Part shown: one piece after another, positions 10,591-20,492 of the stretch | How the letters are laid out: each line of letters begins with the position of its first letter | Position numbering within the stretch: the first letter of the stretch is position 1 | UHGV virus genome: UHGV-0178594 | DNA length: 64,000 nt | Direction: 5' to 3' (one strand) | Origin: a virus | Notes under the pieces: model-generated | Database searches by the model: none | Told to the model about the DNA's origin: nothing | The model's input: only the letters and a program-made list of their open reading frames with translations | Position numbers and translations under genes: made by a program

Positions 10591-11368
10591 ATTTGAAGGA
10601 TCACACAGGGTTATGAACAGAGCGGAATTAACGGCAAAAGCCGTCAGTCTGATTGAATCAGCGACACCAATTAGCCGTAGCTTGGCGCAGGCCAATGAGA
10701 TCACAGAGGCGGCTTATCACCTGACACGCGACCAAAAGCGACTGTTGTTTATTGTGGTGGGAAGACTTCGCTATGCTTCTAAGGATGGCGTTCTTGGTTC
10801 AGGTGCCTGTGAGTTGACGGTCAACGAATATGCAGAGATGTATAATTTGCCCTCTGCTGAAGCCAGCAAGGATATTCGTAAAGCTATCTCCGGACTTAGT
10901 GAGAAGAAAGTCACGATATATAACCCTGATGAATCAACCGAATCAGAAGACAGTTATGAGTCTTATCCCTGGATGATTAAGGAGGCTTACTCACCACGCC
11001 GGGGGACTTACATTATTCATCTGAATCCATATCTCATGCCGTTTTTTACTCTGCTTGATAAGAGGTTCACGAGGCTGAATTTTACTGAAGTGTCTCGCCT
11101 GACAAACCCTTATTCTATGCGGCTTTATGAGTCCTTATGCCAGTATAGAAAGGATGATGGGAGCGGCTTCGCTATACTTGGCGTTGAATGGATGCGGGAG
11201 CGTTATGGTCTTCCCAAAAGCTATCAACGGTACGCCGAATTTAAGAGAAGCTTTCTGGCAAAAGCTGTAGCTGAAATCGAAAAAAACACAAAAATGAAAA
11301 TAGTTTTCTCAGAGGTTACAGAAGGTGGCAGAGTTACAAAAATAAAATTCACCTATCAGCAGTCTTAA
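10580..11368 (+). CDS. repA: Iteron-binding plasmid replication initiator
   Basis: 262-aa ORF flanked upstream and downstream by iterons of the same family; true start may be the internal ATG at 10613. Confidence 0.65.
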   Translation: MPSPFEGSHRVMNRAELTAKAVSLIESATPISRSLAQANEITEAAYHLTRDQKRLLFIVVGRLRYASKDGVLGSGACELTVNEYAEMYNLPSAEASKDIRKAISGLSEKKVTIYNPDESTESEDSYESYPWMIKEAYSPRRGTYIIHLNPYLMPFFTLLDKRFTRLNFTEVSRLTNPYSMRLYESLCQYRKDDGSGFAILGVEWMRERYGLPKSYQRYAEFKRSFLAKAVAEIEKNTKMKIVFSEVTEGGRVTKIKFTYQQS

Positions 11369-11660
11369 GGGCAATTTCTACACCTCTCTGTAGGTGTAGG
11401 ATTTGCCCTTAAAGATGGGAGATTGAGGGCAATTCTTACATCATTAGTTAGTTGGTTGGATCTTTAACGGCTAACATTATTTGTAATTTATTGATTAATA
11501 AGGAATGTGTAAAAATCACCCTCAGATGGCATCGTATGCTATAGCTATTTTTATCGCACTACTGTTGAATGTTTTATGGTTGTAACGCGTTGATTTTGTT
11601 GTGATGTGTAAAAAATGCCATCATTGACGTAAACAGCAGGTGTAGATATTGCCCTCAAGT
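11368..11660. repeat. Downstream iteron cluster (copy-control/incompatibility-like), both orientations
   Basis: AGGGCAATTTCTACACCT (11368), AGGTGTAGGATTTGCCCTT (11392), GAGGGCAATTCTTACATCA (11425), AGGTGTAGATATTGCCCTCA (11639). Confidence 0.5.
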
Positions 11661-11699
11661 TTGCCCCTTCCCCACCTTCTCGCACTTTAATACTGCATT

Positions 11700-12437
11700 T
11701 CAAAACTTGATCACGTTGCTGGCGGCGCTTTTAAGTGCGCTTGTTGCTAAACCAGCAGCTCCATTGACTAATGCGGACAGGCCGGAACCGGCAGATGTGT
11801 ATCGCTGGAACGTGATCGGATAGGACAAGAATTCGGACACCTGATCACGTGAGCGGCTGATCTCTCCTATCTGAGTCGGAAATACACGCATTTCCTCTTC
11901 CAGCTCTTTCCCGCCTTCCTGTGTAACGCGGTATAGCCTGATATTCATGAGATAATCTGGCGGCAGGTTTAGCGTACCATCGCTATTGGTTACACGAGCG
12001 CGGCGCTCTTTGAACCAATTCATTATTTTGCCGTCTTCTGTGTCTCTGACCGTCATTGTTACCGGCCCGGCGGTTACGTGCGTTGGCTTATTGAACTCGA
12101 CGCTACCAATGATTTTGCTTTCTGTTTCAATATTCCCGCTACTGTAAGTGATGTCCTTAACGAACATATCAAAGCCGCTTAATCCGTCTACGTCTACCGT
12201 CCACTGCCAGCCCTGGGCATAGCGGATACGCATAGCCGTAGCAACTACGTTCTTTCCGTAAGCGATGTCATTGCCGTAGCTCCCACTAACGCCACTGCCA
12301 GACACCGCTCTATCCAGAATGTCGCTGATAAGGTTGCTGGTGAACGATTTCGCGCTAAACGATACCGCACTGGATAGCGTTTGCGTTGCAGCACTAAAAA
12401 TACTCACGTAGCCCTCCGTGTTAAAAAATGGTGGCAC
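11700..12437 (-). CDS. Virion morphogenesis protein (unassigned)
   Basis: 245-aa ORF in a tightly packed minus-strand structural operon. Confidence 0.3.
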   Translation of the reverse strand: MPPFFNTEGYVSIFSAATQTLSSAVSFSAKSFTSNLISDILDRAVSGSGVSGSYGNDIAYGKNVVATAMRIRYAQGWQWTVDVDGLSGFDMFVKDITYSSGNIETESKIIGSVEFNKPTHVTAGPVTMTVRDTEDGKIMNWFKERRARVTNSDGTLNLPPDYLMNIRLYRVTQEGGKELEEEMRVFPTQIGEISRSRDQVSEFLSYPITFQRYTSAGSGLSALVNGAAGLATSALKSAASNVIKF

Positions 12438-12972
12438 CAGGGATAATGGCCCGGTTGGCTGCCATTTTTTCTTCTATCTCCTGAACACGCGCGTAGAGCG
12501 TCGCCTCATCAGGAAGATCGGAGTAATCAAACTTGCCATCAATTGACGCCCTTCGCTGGCGGGCAACGTTGCGGACATTGATTAGTGCTTCAAGATATTC
12601 CTCAAGCATTCCGATAATCGCAGGTGGAACTTGCCACTCATCCAGGTTGCGATCGCGGAGATTTACAAGGTATTGCATCTTGAAAGGCCAGCGTTCAGAA
12701 CCGGTAAGCTCAAGTTCGACAAAACCGGCAATCTCGTCGGCGTAAACCAGAAGTCCGTTGTGGTCAGTGACGTGGACCAGAGACAGATAATCATCCGGAA
12801 CAGGGATCGCCGTACCGTCTGCTTTCTCCAGCTTTAATGCCTTCACTACTCCCGCTCTGTCCTGGTAAGTAGTCAATGCTTTGATCAGGAATGCTTTCAG
12901 TGTCTCCTCTTCCCGTACAAGAAGAGGATTGAATCGCGCTTTAACGCTTTCTAATAGTTCAGAAGGTGTCAT
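12421..12972 (-). CDS. Virion morphogenesis protein (unassigned)
   Basis: 183-aa ORF overlapping its downstream neighbour. Confidence 0.3.
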   Translation of the reverse strand: MTPSELLESVKARFNPLLVREEETLKAFLIKALTTYQDRAGVVKALKLEKADGTAIPVPDDYLSLVHVTDHNGLLVYADEIAGFVELELTGSERWPFKMQYLVNLRDRNLDEWQVPPAIIGMLEEYLEALINVRNVARQRRASIDGKFDYSDLPDEATLYARVQEIEEKMAANRAIIPGATIF

Positions 12973-13023
12973 AAATACTCCGGACGGAGGGGGATAATCC
13001 CGCTCTTTTGAGCGGGATCGGTA

Positions 13024-13515
13024 TTACTCAACCCAGTTGTACACAATACGCAGGGTCGGTCTGACAACCGCCGTTACATCTTCTGATGAGAAATCAACGG
13101 CATCGGAATACACTTTGCAGTGTGAGTAAGTACGTGACAGACCTTTGCTGTCACCGCTGTTAGATTCAGCGGCAGCCTGGAAAGAGATATCCAGATATTT
13201 CTTCTGATAAACCATCTCTTTGACGGCAGCGAGTACAACACCTTCAATCGTCTCCGCACAGGTAACCTGAAATTCACCTGAGTTACGCAGCGGGCCGTGT
13301 TGGTTGAACTTCATACCGCCTGGAGCGTAATCTTCTACGTCTTCACGCGTCATTTCCGGTAACTGCGCGGTGCGGATCAGCACTGACAGATTTTCGTATC
13401 CCTTAATGGTCATCCAATATTCAGTGCCAATTAATTTTTCGCCTGCTGCCAGGTTCTTGTTGAATCTGGCTTTCAGGAAGGCGAGATCGGCTTTTGTGTT
13501 TGAAAAACCGGCCAT
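13024..13515 (-). CDS. Tail tube protein candidate
   Basis: 163-aa ORF downstream of the sheath-like gene; size only. Confidence 0.3.
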   Translation of the reverse strand: MAGFSNTKADLAFLKARFNKNLAAGEKLIGTEYWMTIKGYENLSVLIRTAQLPEMTREDVEDYAPGGMKFNQHGPLRNSGEFQVTCAETIEGVVLAAVKEMVYQKKYLDISFQAAAESNSGDSKGLSRTYSHCKVYSDAVDFSSEDVTAVVRPTLRIVYNWVE

Positions 13516-13523
13516 AATTACTC

Positions 13524-14141
13524 CTAAACAAAAACAGATGAGATATTGCTGCGGTTAATAGATGTGTTACCACTGCATTGCAGAGTGACCGTGTTGTGGG
13601 TGAAATAGCCTTCCGATGTGCGCGGGGCGTCAAGCTGATAGCTGACGCTTTTGATCACAACGTTCGTTAACATCACGTTCCTGCCGATATTTATAGTTAC
13701 GGCTTCCGGGATTCGACCAAAAAGAGCAACGTCGTTTAGTTCTGGCGATGCCATTTTCAGCAACGTCGTTATGGCGTCGTTTACCTCAGTTTTTGCGTTG
13801 GACATCGCTAAAAAATCCAGCACCAGGGTAAACTCCGGCGGCTGCTGCCCTTCCCACACAAGGGTGGAGTTGAGGCGGCTTTTGGTTGTGCGCCCGCTTA
13901 TCACCTGTGCCACGCCAGTAAGAGCTGACGTCGCCTCGCTGATAGCGCCTAACACACTGCCCATTGCCTTATCTTCGAACGGCGACTGCCACAGAGACGT
14001 TAATTCGGCAGAGGAACCTTCGCCGATATATCCGATGACCATATCCTCGCTTGATATGATGTATGCTTTCATTAGCGGACTGATTCCGTCCGCAACGTTA
14101 GCGCCGCAAATCACTGCTATTTCTCCCAAACAGGCCACCAT
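13524..14141 (-). CDS. Virion morphogenesis protein (unassigned)
   Basis: 205-aa ORF. Confidence 0.3.
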   Translation of the reverse strand: MVACLGEIAVICGANVADGISPLMKAYIISSEDMVIGYIGEGSSAELTSLWQSPFEDKAMGSVLGAISEATSALTGVAQVISGRTTKSRLNSTLVWEGQQPPEFTLVLDFLAMSNAKTEVNDAITTLLKMASPELNDVALFGRIPEAVTINIGRNVMLTNVVIKSVSYQLDAPRTSEGYFTHNTVTLQCSGNTSINRSNISSVFV

Positions 14142-14159
14142 TACAGGTGGCTTACATCA

Positions 14160-14906
14160 TTACAGACCGCGTTTTTTGCGAATGCGGATAGACTTGCGGC
14201 GGCGAGTGTTAGCTATCGACGTATGCGCCTTAAGGCGAGCTTTTTTCAGCGCCTGCTTTTGTAAGGACGTCATGCGACGCGGGCGCGGGCGTTTGCGGAT
14301 GATAGTAACCTTGCCATCACGAACGACTTTTTTGCTGACAGCTTCGAGCATTGCGGCATTGCCACCAGCAACGGTGTAAATCGCAATGGCTTCTTCCATC
14401 ATTTCGCTATCGCTTTCTGACAGTGCGTCAAATACGCGTTCTGCTGCCGCGTCATCTTCGTCATCGATCATCTCGGTGACGTCGTCCTGATCAGCGCCCA
14501 GGGCCACAGCCGCGTTAGCCAACGCCGCGAGTGCGTCGTTATATGCGTCAACCTGTTCGTCGGTCAGTTCTGTGTCGTCGTCAATGTCGGCCAGGCCAGC
14601 CATTGTGATTGCCAGCGCATCAAATGAATCCGCTTCAGGGTCGCCATCTTCTACCCAGCTCGCCAGCATTGAAGCTGCCAGACTGCGGATGTCACTTTGT
14701 GCACGGGATTCCACCGCTTCCATCATTGCGGCTTCGATATCCGCGCCATCGGTTCCATTCTTGGCACTTTCCAGGATGGCGTTATCGCCACTTTCAAAAC
14801 AACCAGAATCTTTGGCGCTTTCCAGTATGGCTGTATCTGCGTTATCGGCTGTTTTGCCTGCAAATAGCGCGCGCATGAATGGATCAACAACAGAATAGTT
14901 TTTCAT
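14160..14906 (-). CDS. Acidic protein with strongly basic C-terminal tail (scaffold or internal protein candidate)
   Basis: 248 aa; D/E-rich body, C-terminus ..RKRPRPRRMTSLQKQALKKARLKAHTSIANTRRRKSIRIRKKRGL. Confidence 0.3.
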   Translation of the reverse strand: MKNYSVVDPFMRALFAGKTADNADTAILESAKDSGCFESGDNAILESAKNGTDGADIEAAMMEAVESRAQSDIRSLAASMLASWVEDGDPEADSFDALAITMAGLADIDDDTELTDEQVDAYNDALAALANAAVALGADQDDVTEMIDDEDDAAAERVFDALSESDSEMMEEAIAIYTVAGGNAAMLEAVSKKVVRDGKVTIIRKRPRPRRMTSLQKQALKKARLKAHTSIANTRRRKSIRIRKKRGL

Positions 14907-14949
14907 TAGGAAACCTCATTCATCCCCGCGTTTCAGCGGGGAAGATAAA

Positions 14950-16605
14950 TCAACGCATCAGGATTGGTTTGCCGAGGATTCGACGGGCAGTGCCTGTTGG
15001 GCACACGGACCATTCCACTTCCCACAAGTCGATGTCTTTTTGAGTTACCTTGACCACATAAGGGTCAGAACCTTGAGATTCATCGCGTGGTGTAACCAGC
15101 GCACCAGCCGCATAAAAACGGTCCAGAAGATCTGTCAGTGCGTTAGTCAGACTTTCCTGCGTAACGCCATCAGGTTCATGCTTGATTGCCTGAGCAACTT
15201 CATAGAAATTGCGGGCAATTGCATTCATCAGTGATGAAACGTGCTGGAATCGCAGATAGTTATTTTTGCTGTATGTCGTCAGGGAGTCGTCGATGTAGAC
15301 AGAACCATCCGCTGCAACGCTTACAGGGTTAATACGAGCGGTCACATACGCTTCACGATCGATTGTGCCAATTCCGGAGAGTCTGGTGATGTTCTGGCGA
15401 TCAATGATTGCGCGAGACAGACCAGCCGGGGCGTAATGCCAGCCGCCTACATCAGACACAAGCGCAACGCCTTTCGCTTTTGCCACGAACGCATCACAAC
15501 TGATTCCGTAAACCACATTCATACCGCTGAAAGTGTCACGGCATGAGTACGGGAAGTGATAACGTGCAGCCTGGTGGGATTTGCCGAAACCATGTGATTT
15601 AGCTTCCGCGATAGCGTTATCACCAGTCTGAGCACATTTCAGGTCGTAGAACATATCCACGCGAACGTCTTCTGCCAGCGAATTAATTTTTGCCAGCACG
15701 GATGCGTCGTAGCAGCCCATAGAAAGCAGTGCGGTATAATTAACTTCTGACGCTTCGAGAACCTCTAACGCTTTCAGATAATCATCAGCGTCAATTGAGG
15801 ACAGATCGCCATCTGTACCGCCTTCAAACGCTACATCTTCGAAAGTCAGCAAGTGAGCGGAGTCTTCGGCACCATCAGCCAGTACAGCTCCAAGCCTGGA
15901 GGACTGACTTTCTAACAGCGCAGGAATCCATGCTGGCTGGCCCATATCGTTCGTTGCATCCGGATCGAAAGAAACCTGGTAGCTTTCCAGAGTTTCTACA
16001 GAACCATCGGTCTGTGTCTCTTTCAGTTCCAGAGTGAACAGGTCATTTTCTTCATCCTCACGGATCAGTGATAACGTGCGGTTGGTCGAAGCATCACCGT
16101 CCTTAATGTAGAAAATAGCCAGTTCACTGCCGGAAATTTCAGGTGTTTCGCTTGCAGCGAAAGTTACCGGAGAAGTGGCTCCGGAAATGGCGCGAATGGT
16201 CAGTGTATCGCCGATATTTACCGTTGCTTCGGTCGGAGCAATTTGCAGAGTTTTTGCAGACTTGGTGCTTTTAGACCTGGCCTGAACAGAAACGGCAATG
16301 CCCGGTACTTTCATGTCTTTTGCGCATACGCGAACTACATAACCGGTGCCGCCTTTTACTGCGCGTTCAACGTGGCGATATGGTTCAAATGCGGCCCCGG
16401 TGCGCGGGTGAAGAGGTGAACCTAACACGCTCTGATAGTTGGCTGCTGTAACCTGCAAAACCTTACCTGGCGCCCCTCTGCGGGAAATGACCAGCCCGGC
16501 AAAGACGGAAGCACCGCCAGATGTATTAGTCAGAGTAGCATCGGCATTAACGTCCGCTACCGCAACGCCCGCAGCCTGACCAACAGAAAAACCAATTTTA
16601 TTCAT
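14950..16605 (-). CDS. Contractile tail sheath protein candidate
   Basis: 551 aa; N-terminal segment ..SVFAGLVISRRGAPGKV..YVVRV and C-terminal ..GGWHYAPAGLS.. resemble conserved sheath regions (remembered pattern, not aligned). Confidence 0.45.
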   Translation of the reverse strand: MNKIGFSVGQAAGVAVADVNADATLTNTSGGASVFAGLVISRRGAPGKVLQVTAANYQSVLGSPLHPRTGAAFEPYRHVERAVKGGTGYVVRVCAKDMKVPGIAVSVQARSKSTKSAKTLQIAPTEATVNIGDTLTIRAISGATSPVTFAASETPEISGSELAIFYIKDGDASTNRTLSLIREDEENDLFTLELKETQTDGSVETLESYQVSFDPDATNDMGQPAWIPALLESQSSRLGAVLADGAEDSAHLLTFEDVAFEGGTDGDLSSIDADDYLKALEVLEASEVNYTALLSMGCYDASVLAKINSLAEDVRVDMFYDLKCAQTGDNAIAEAKSHGFGKSHQAARYHFPYSCRDTFSGMNVVYGISCDAFVAKAKGVALVSDVGGWHYAPAGLSRAIIDRQNITRLSGIGTIDREAYVTARINPVSVAADGSVYIDDSLTTYSKNNYLRFQHVSSLMNAIARNFYEVAQAIKHEPDGVTQESLTNALTDLLDRFYAAGALVTPRDESQGSDPYVVKVTQKDIDLWEVEWSVCPTGTARRILGKPILMR

Positions 16606-16670
16606 GCTGCTCTTTTCCTCTTTATCGAGCGGATGAGAGAAGCCTCCCCATTTGCATGGGGAGGCTTTTA

Positions 16671-16961
16671 TCAGGCTTCGCCGACCGTGAAGCTGTCACC
16701 TACCGTCACTTCTTTGGTTGACGGATCAACGCTGACAGAGTTGACACTTACTGCGGCTTCATTAACCGTTACAGTGCATGTTGCGGTTTTATTTCCATCT
16801 GTAGTTTTGATGGTTAGTACCGCAGTACCAGCAGATACTGCGGTGCATGTGGTTCCATCAACACTCACAATTTCCGGATGATCGGATTCGACAGTGAAAG
16901 TTTTATCTGTCGCATTTGATGGGGTAATAGTTACTTGGATATCAGCCATTTTTTCCTCCAT
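16671..16961 (-). CDS. Bacterial Ig-like (Big_2-type) domain protein
   Basis: 96 aa, T/V/S-rich beta-strand pattern ..TFTVESDHPEIVSVDGTTCTAVSAGTAVLTIKTTDGNKTATCTVTV.. Confidence 0.5.
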   Translation of the reverse strand: MEEKMADIQVTITPSNATDKTFTVESDHPEIVSVDGTTCTAVSAGTAVLTIKTTDGNKTATCTVTVNEAAVSVNSVSVDPSTKEVTVGDSFTVGEA

Positions 16962-17090
16962 ATAGCCCCTTATTCAGGGGCTGGTCTTACTTCTTTTTGG
17001 GTGTTTTTCGTGTCTTTGAAGTGCTCGCGGCGATAGTTTCACCTTCGTTTACTTCAATTGCCGTTGGTGAAACTGACACGTTCGCCACTG

Positions 17091-18788
17091 CTACTTTTTT
17101 TCGTTGATTTGCCCGCTCAACATGTCAATCGCACCTTCTTTCGAACGTGTCAGGCGAAGGCGAGTGAAATAGTTCTCACCGTTGCGCGGATGCACATCGT
17201 TGATTGCTGTACCCCAAAGAGTGGTGCGGTTTACCAGGGCTGGATTTGTTTCGTGGACATACGGAATAGCAGGCACGGCATCACCAGCGACCAGGCCAGC
17301 TTTACCAATGCCTTCGCCACGACCATAGAAGTAGATGTCGTCCAGGCCAAAGTCGTAGCCATGTTCCTGGAATTGTTTGCAGATAGGCTTCGGCACTTCG
17401 TAGATACGAATGGAACCAAACAGGGTGCCGATGTATTGAATGTACGGCGACTGTACATAGCCCGGTGCCAACTGGAAGTGCTGCGGCGGTAAGGAACGCA
17501 GGAAGTTAGCAGCATCGCCACCAGCAAAGCCACCACGGATACCGGTAGTCAGGGTGCGGTCAGCCATGTCCTGTGACAGCGCGTTCACTACATGGCGAAT
17601 TAAACCAACCCACGATTCGTAGTTCTGCGCTTCTGGCAGTGCCACATCAAATTCACGACCGTAAACTGTGTGGAATACCAGAGTGCGCAGGCGCATCATA
17701 TCGATTTCGTGGGAAATCCAGTTGCGCATTGCGGAGAATTGCAATGCTGCCAGTTCGAGTCCGTGTTCACGGCTCAGGTCAGATGCTGTCATAACCGTAT
17801 GTTCGGATGCGATCACGTACTGCGACGGGCGCAGGGCGTAATTGCGCATGGACTGGTTAATGACTGGTATCAGGCTCGGATTGCGTTCAATGTTGATTTC
17901 AACCTGAACAGCGATTTCTGTGCCTTCTGCTGGTGCTTCATTAAAGGTGATATCGATAACGCCGGTATCGTATCGAACCTTTGCCGTCACAGAGAAAGAG
18001 TTGCCGTTGACGTCTTTGTCGTTGAAATACAGGTTGCCGTCACCATCATCTACTTTGGACGGTTTGCGGTTAATCAGCAGTTTGTTGTAGCCCTGGCGCA
18101 GCGGGCAGGCCTGGCCTTCGAAGTTCTGGATATCAAACTGGAAGGTGGTTTTGCTGCCATCGCCTTTTTCGGTCAGGATGTACAGGCGTTTCATCTGCGA
18201 ATACACGCCAGCAGACTGCATGTTCAGTTCATCGCCCTGCTCGAATGTACCGAATTTTGTACCAGCAACGTTGGTCAGCTCGTAAATATTGGTTTCATCA
18301 CGATCACAAGGGATAAACGTACATGCGTCGCTGGTGGCTGCGCCGAGAGAAGCAGGCAGGATCAGTGCGGCATATTGTGCAACCTTCATTACACCATCGG
18401 AGGTGCGCATGTCCTTGGCTACTGATTCAAACATGGCTTTGCCAGCGCCTTCATGCGTCTCTTTAGCGGACTCCATCATCAGGCGCTCAAGTGCTACATG
18501 GGCGTTGGCTAATACATCGCTTGCCGGATAATGCCCATGCTGGCGTTTGTATTCATGAATAGACATGGCCCAGCTACCAATGATCTGGCGAGCTGCTTCT
18601 GGTCCAACGCCTTCAAACATTGGCTCTTTCTGGATAGCTTTTTCCAGGTTAGCCATCATCACTTCGTTGTCGGTAATCATGTTACCGGCAGCATCAGTGG
18701 TTGGATCGACGGTCATAGCCATGACGCTTGCCGCCCGATTCATAATCTCGCGCTCGCGCTTACGAGCTGGCTCAATGTTCTTGTTCAC
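17091..18788 (-). CDS. Major virion structural protein (major head protein candidate)
   Basis: 565 aa with helical N-terminal ~150 aa followed by a large globular domain; position upstream of the Ig-like and sheath-like genes. Confidence 0.3.
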   Translation of the reverse strand: MNKNIEPARKREREIMNRAASVMAMTVDPTTDAAGNMITDNEVMMANLEKAIQKEPMFEGVGPEAARQIIGSWAMSIHEYKRQHGHYPASDVLANAHVALERLMMESAKETHEGAGKAMFESVAKDMRTSDGVMKVAQYAALILPASLGAATSDACTFIPCDRDETNIYELTNVAGTKFGTFEQGDELNMQSAGVYSQMKRLYILTEKGDGSKTTFQFDIQNFEGQACPLRQGYNKLLINRKPSKVDDGDGNLYFNDKDVNGNSFSVTAKVRYDTGVIDITFNEAPAEGTEIAVQVEINIERNPSLIPVINQSMRNYALRPSQYVIASEHTVMTASDLSREHGLELAALQFSAMRNWISHEIDMMRLRTLVFHTVYGREFDVALPEAQNYESWVGLIRHVVNALSQDMADRTLTTGIRGGFAGGDAANFLRSLPPQHFQLAPGYVQSPYIQYIGTLFGSIRIYEVPKPICKQFQEHGYDFGLDDIYFYGRGEGIGKAGLVAGDAVPAIPYVHETNPALVNRTTLWGTAINDVHPRNGENYFTRLRLTRSKEGAIDMLSGQINEKK

Positions 18789-18869
18789 GGTTAAACCCTA
18801 AATTCGGGCGCGGCGTGAAGATTCTTTTGACGAGGTGACAATACTCACTTTGTTATTTAGTCAATAGCA

Positions 18870-18945
18870 TTAGAAAAATAATTTTCTTTAACAAAATCGT
18901 CATGGTGTGTTTTAATCTTAATTTTCTAACACATAACATTAGAAC
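18870..18945. promoter_or_regulatory. Two operator-like palindromes (TTAGAAAAATAATTTTCTTTA at 18870; TTCTAACACATAACATTAGAAC at 18924) upstream of the 18948 gene
   Basis: Members of the recurring GTGTTAGAAAAT-type motif family. Confidence 0.4.
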
Positions 18946-18947
18946 AA

Positions 18948-19340
18948 ATGGCGTACAAGATCTTCGTTTCATACAAAAATGGTGCTAAAAGCCATTCTCT
19001 GAACACAAGCAGCAGATGCCTTGTAGAAGCTCAACTGTCATCAATTCTTACCGAAAGAGATATTCTTTCCCTGGCTGAACGAGTCGTGATTCTGCATTCA
19101 GGAAAGGCTATTCTTGATGTTCCCGCGCTTACCCCGCCTTCTGACGTTTTGGCATCTGTTAAGTGGCCTCAAATGGGCACACCTGTAAGAGTGGAAGATC
19201 CTGTAACCACCACTCTTTATATGCCGAAGTCAGTAAGGGATTGGCTTGCTGCGGTTGGTAATGGGAAGGTCAGCGCGGGGCTTCGGAAGTTAGTGGAAAT
19301 GGCTGATATTCCGGAGCTGAAAAATGCATGGAGACAGTGA
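18948..19340 (+). CDS. Hypothetical protein (early, operator-controlled)
   Basis: 130-aa ORF with ATG at 18948 directly after the operator-like sites. Confidence 0.35.
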   Translation: MAYKIFVSYKNGAKSHSLNTSSRCLVEAQLSSILTERDILSLAERVVILHSGKAILDVPALTPPSDVLASVKWPQMGTPVRVEDPVTTTLYMPKSVRDWLAAVGNGKVSAGLRKLVEMADIPELKNAWRQ

Positions 19341-19810
19341 GTAGAGGAAACATGAGTCACGCGAACCCATCGAAAACACAATATCGTTTAATGCTGGCTA
19401 TCGCGTCAGCTATACCAACCAGCCTGAATCCACCCGCTGGCTATCCCGCTATTGTTGATGATTGTTTTCAGTATTACGGTGAAGACATCCTGAGTCAGTC
19501 TAAGGCACTCAAACAGTTATGCAAGGCAGGCATTCTTCACTGCATAGGCGATCCAGATGATTTTGTAGTCATGCTGGCAGATCGTGACTCTTTTCTGCTG
19601 TCCTGGAAAGCTGGGGCGCGCGAAGCGCGTTTGGGTAATGGTATTGGCTACATCGACTATAGCGATTGTCCGCTGGCATTTGCTGGTGGATATATGCATT
19701 GGCATGAGCGAAATAGAGGCCGTCAGCGCCAGTATCGCTTGAGTGACTTTAACGTCTGTCACGGTTTCGAAGAAGCTGACAGCCAGGACATCTGGCTTCA
19801 GGAGCCTTGA
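19328..19810 (+). CDS. Hypothetical protein
   Basis: 160-aa ORF overlapping the upstream gene end. Confidence 0.35.
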   Translation: METVSRGNMSHANPSKTQYRLMLAIASAIPTSLNPPAGYPAIVDDCFQYYGEDILSQSKALKQLCKAGILHCIGDPDDFVVMLADRDSFLLSWKAGAREARLGNGIGYIDYSDCPLAFAGGYMHWHERNRGRQRQYRLSDFNVCHGFEEADSQDIWLQEP

Positions 19811-20130
19811 TCCCCCTTCCCTTCCCAAATCTCCCTGTTTCTTTGGTTATTCAGTGCGTTTCTTTGGTTGCATTCATCGATAGTGCTGAATAACTGTTCA
19901 GTGTATGCCGGATACTTGTTTAACAGCACAGGCGTGTCCTCTGGCACTATGCAAGGGGTATAATCAATCAGATTTGCCTGCGGTTTGCTGGTGGCTTCTA
20001 CGGTAATTTTCACTGGCACGCTGATTGATTTCTTTTGCCCGTTCCCGCTGCATCCTGATAACGTCATCAGGCACACGCACATCATTAACCCCAGCATTGC
20101 GTAAAGCAGTTTCAAGACGAGTAATTTCAT
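19798..20130 (-). CDS. Outer-membrane lipoprotein, o-spanin candidate (overlapped architecture)
   Basis: Signal sequence ending in lipobox LSGC; reading frame overlaps the 3' half of the i-spanin candidate in another frame. Confidence 0.35.
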   Translation of the reverse strand: MKLLVLKLLYAMLGLMMCVCLMTLSGCSGNGQKKSISVPVKITVEATSKPQANLIDYTPCIVPEDTPVLLNKYPAYTEQLFSTIDECNQRNALNNQRNREIWEGKGDQGS

Positions 20131-20422
20131 TCTGGCTTTCCTCCCGTTGTTTGATCAGGCTGGTATTCAGTTCTGCTGTTTTGCGCTGGTACTCCTTCTC
20201 CAGTGTTTTAATTCTTTCGTTTTCAGCCATCATGGCAGATCGCGATTTTTCACTTAACTGCAATGCGGTAGAAAGCGTGTTGTTCTCGCTTTCAAGTTGT
20301 GATTTTGAGTCTTCCAGGGAACGGATATACCTGATGTGATCGATAACTGCCGCCGTAGTACGGTAAATTCCATAAATGGCTAAAAGCGCAACTACTATCA
20401 AAATTATCTTTTTCAAAACCAT
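19964..20422 (-). CDS. i-spanin (Rz-like) candidate: N-terminal TM anchor plus periplasmic coiled coil
   Basis: From internal ATG at 20422: MVLKKIILIVVALLAIYGIY then heptad-rich helix; ORF track gives a longer 19964..20527 version. Confidence 0.4.
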   Translation of the reverse strand: MVLKKIILIVVALLAIYGIYRTTAAVIDHIRYIRSLEDSKSQLESENNTLSTALQLSEKSRSAMMAENERIKTLEKEYQRKTAELNTSLIKQREESQNEITRLETALRNAGVNDVRVPDDVIRMQRERAKEINQRASENYRRSHQQTAGKSD

Positions 20423-20492
20423 CCTCTTCAGATTTTTTGTTGGTGTGATATGTGTACCAATTTGTAACCATTTATGGGCTAAAATGGTGTGG

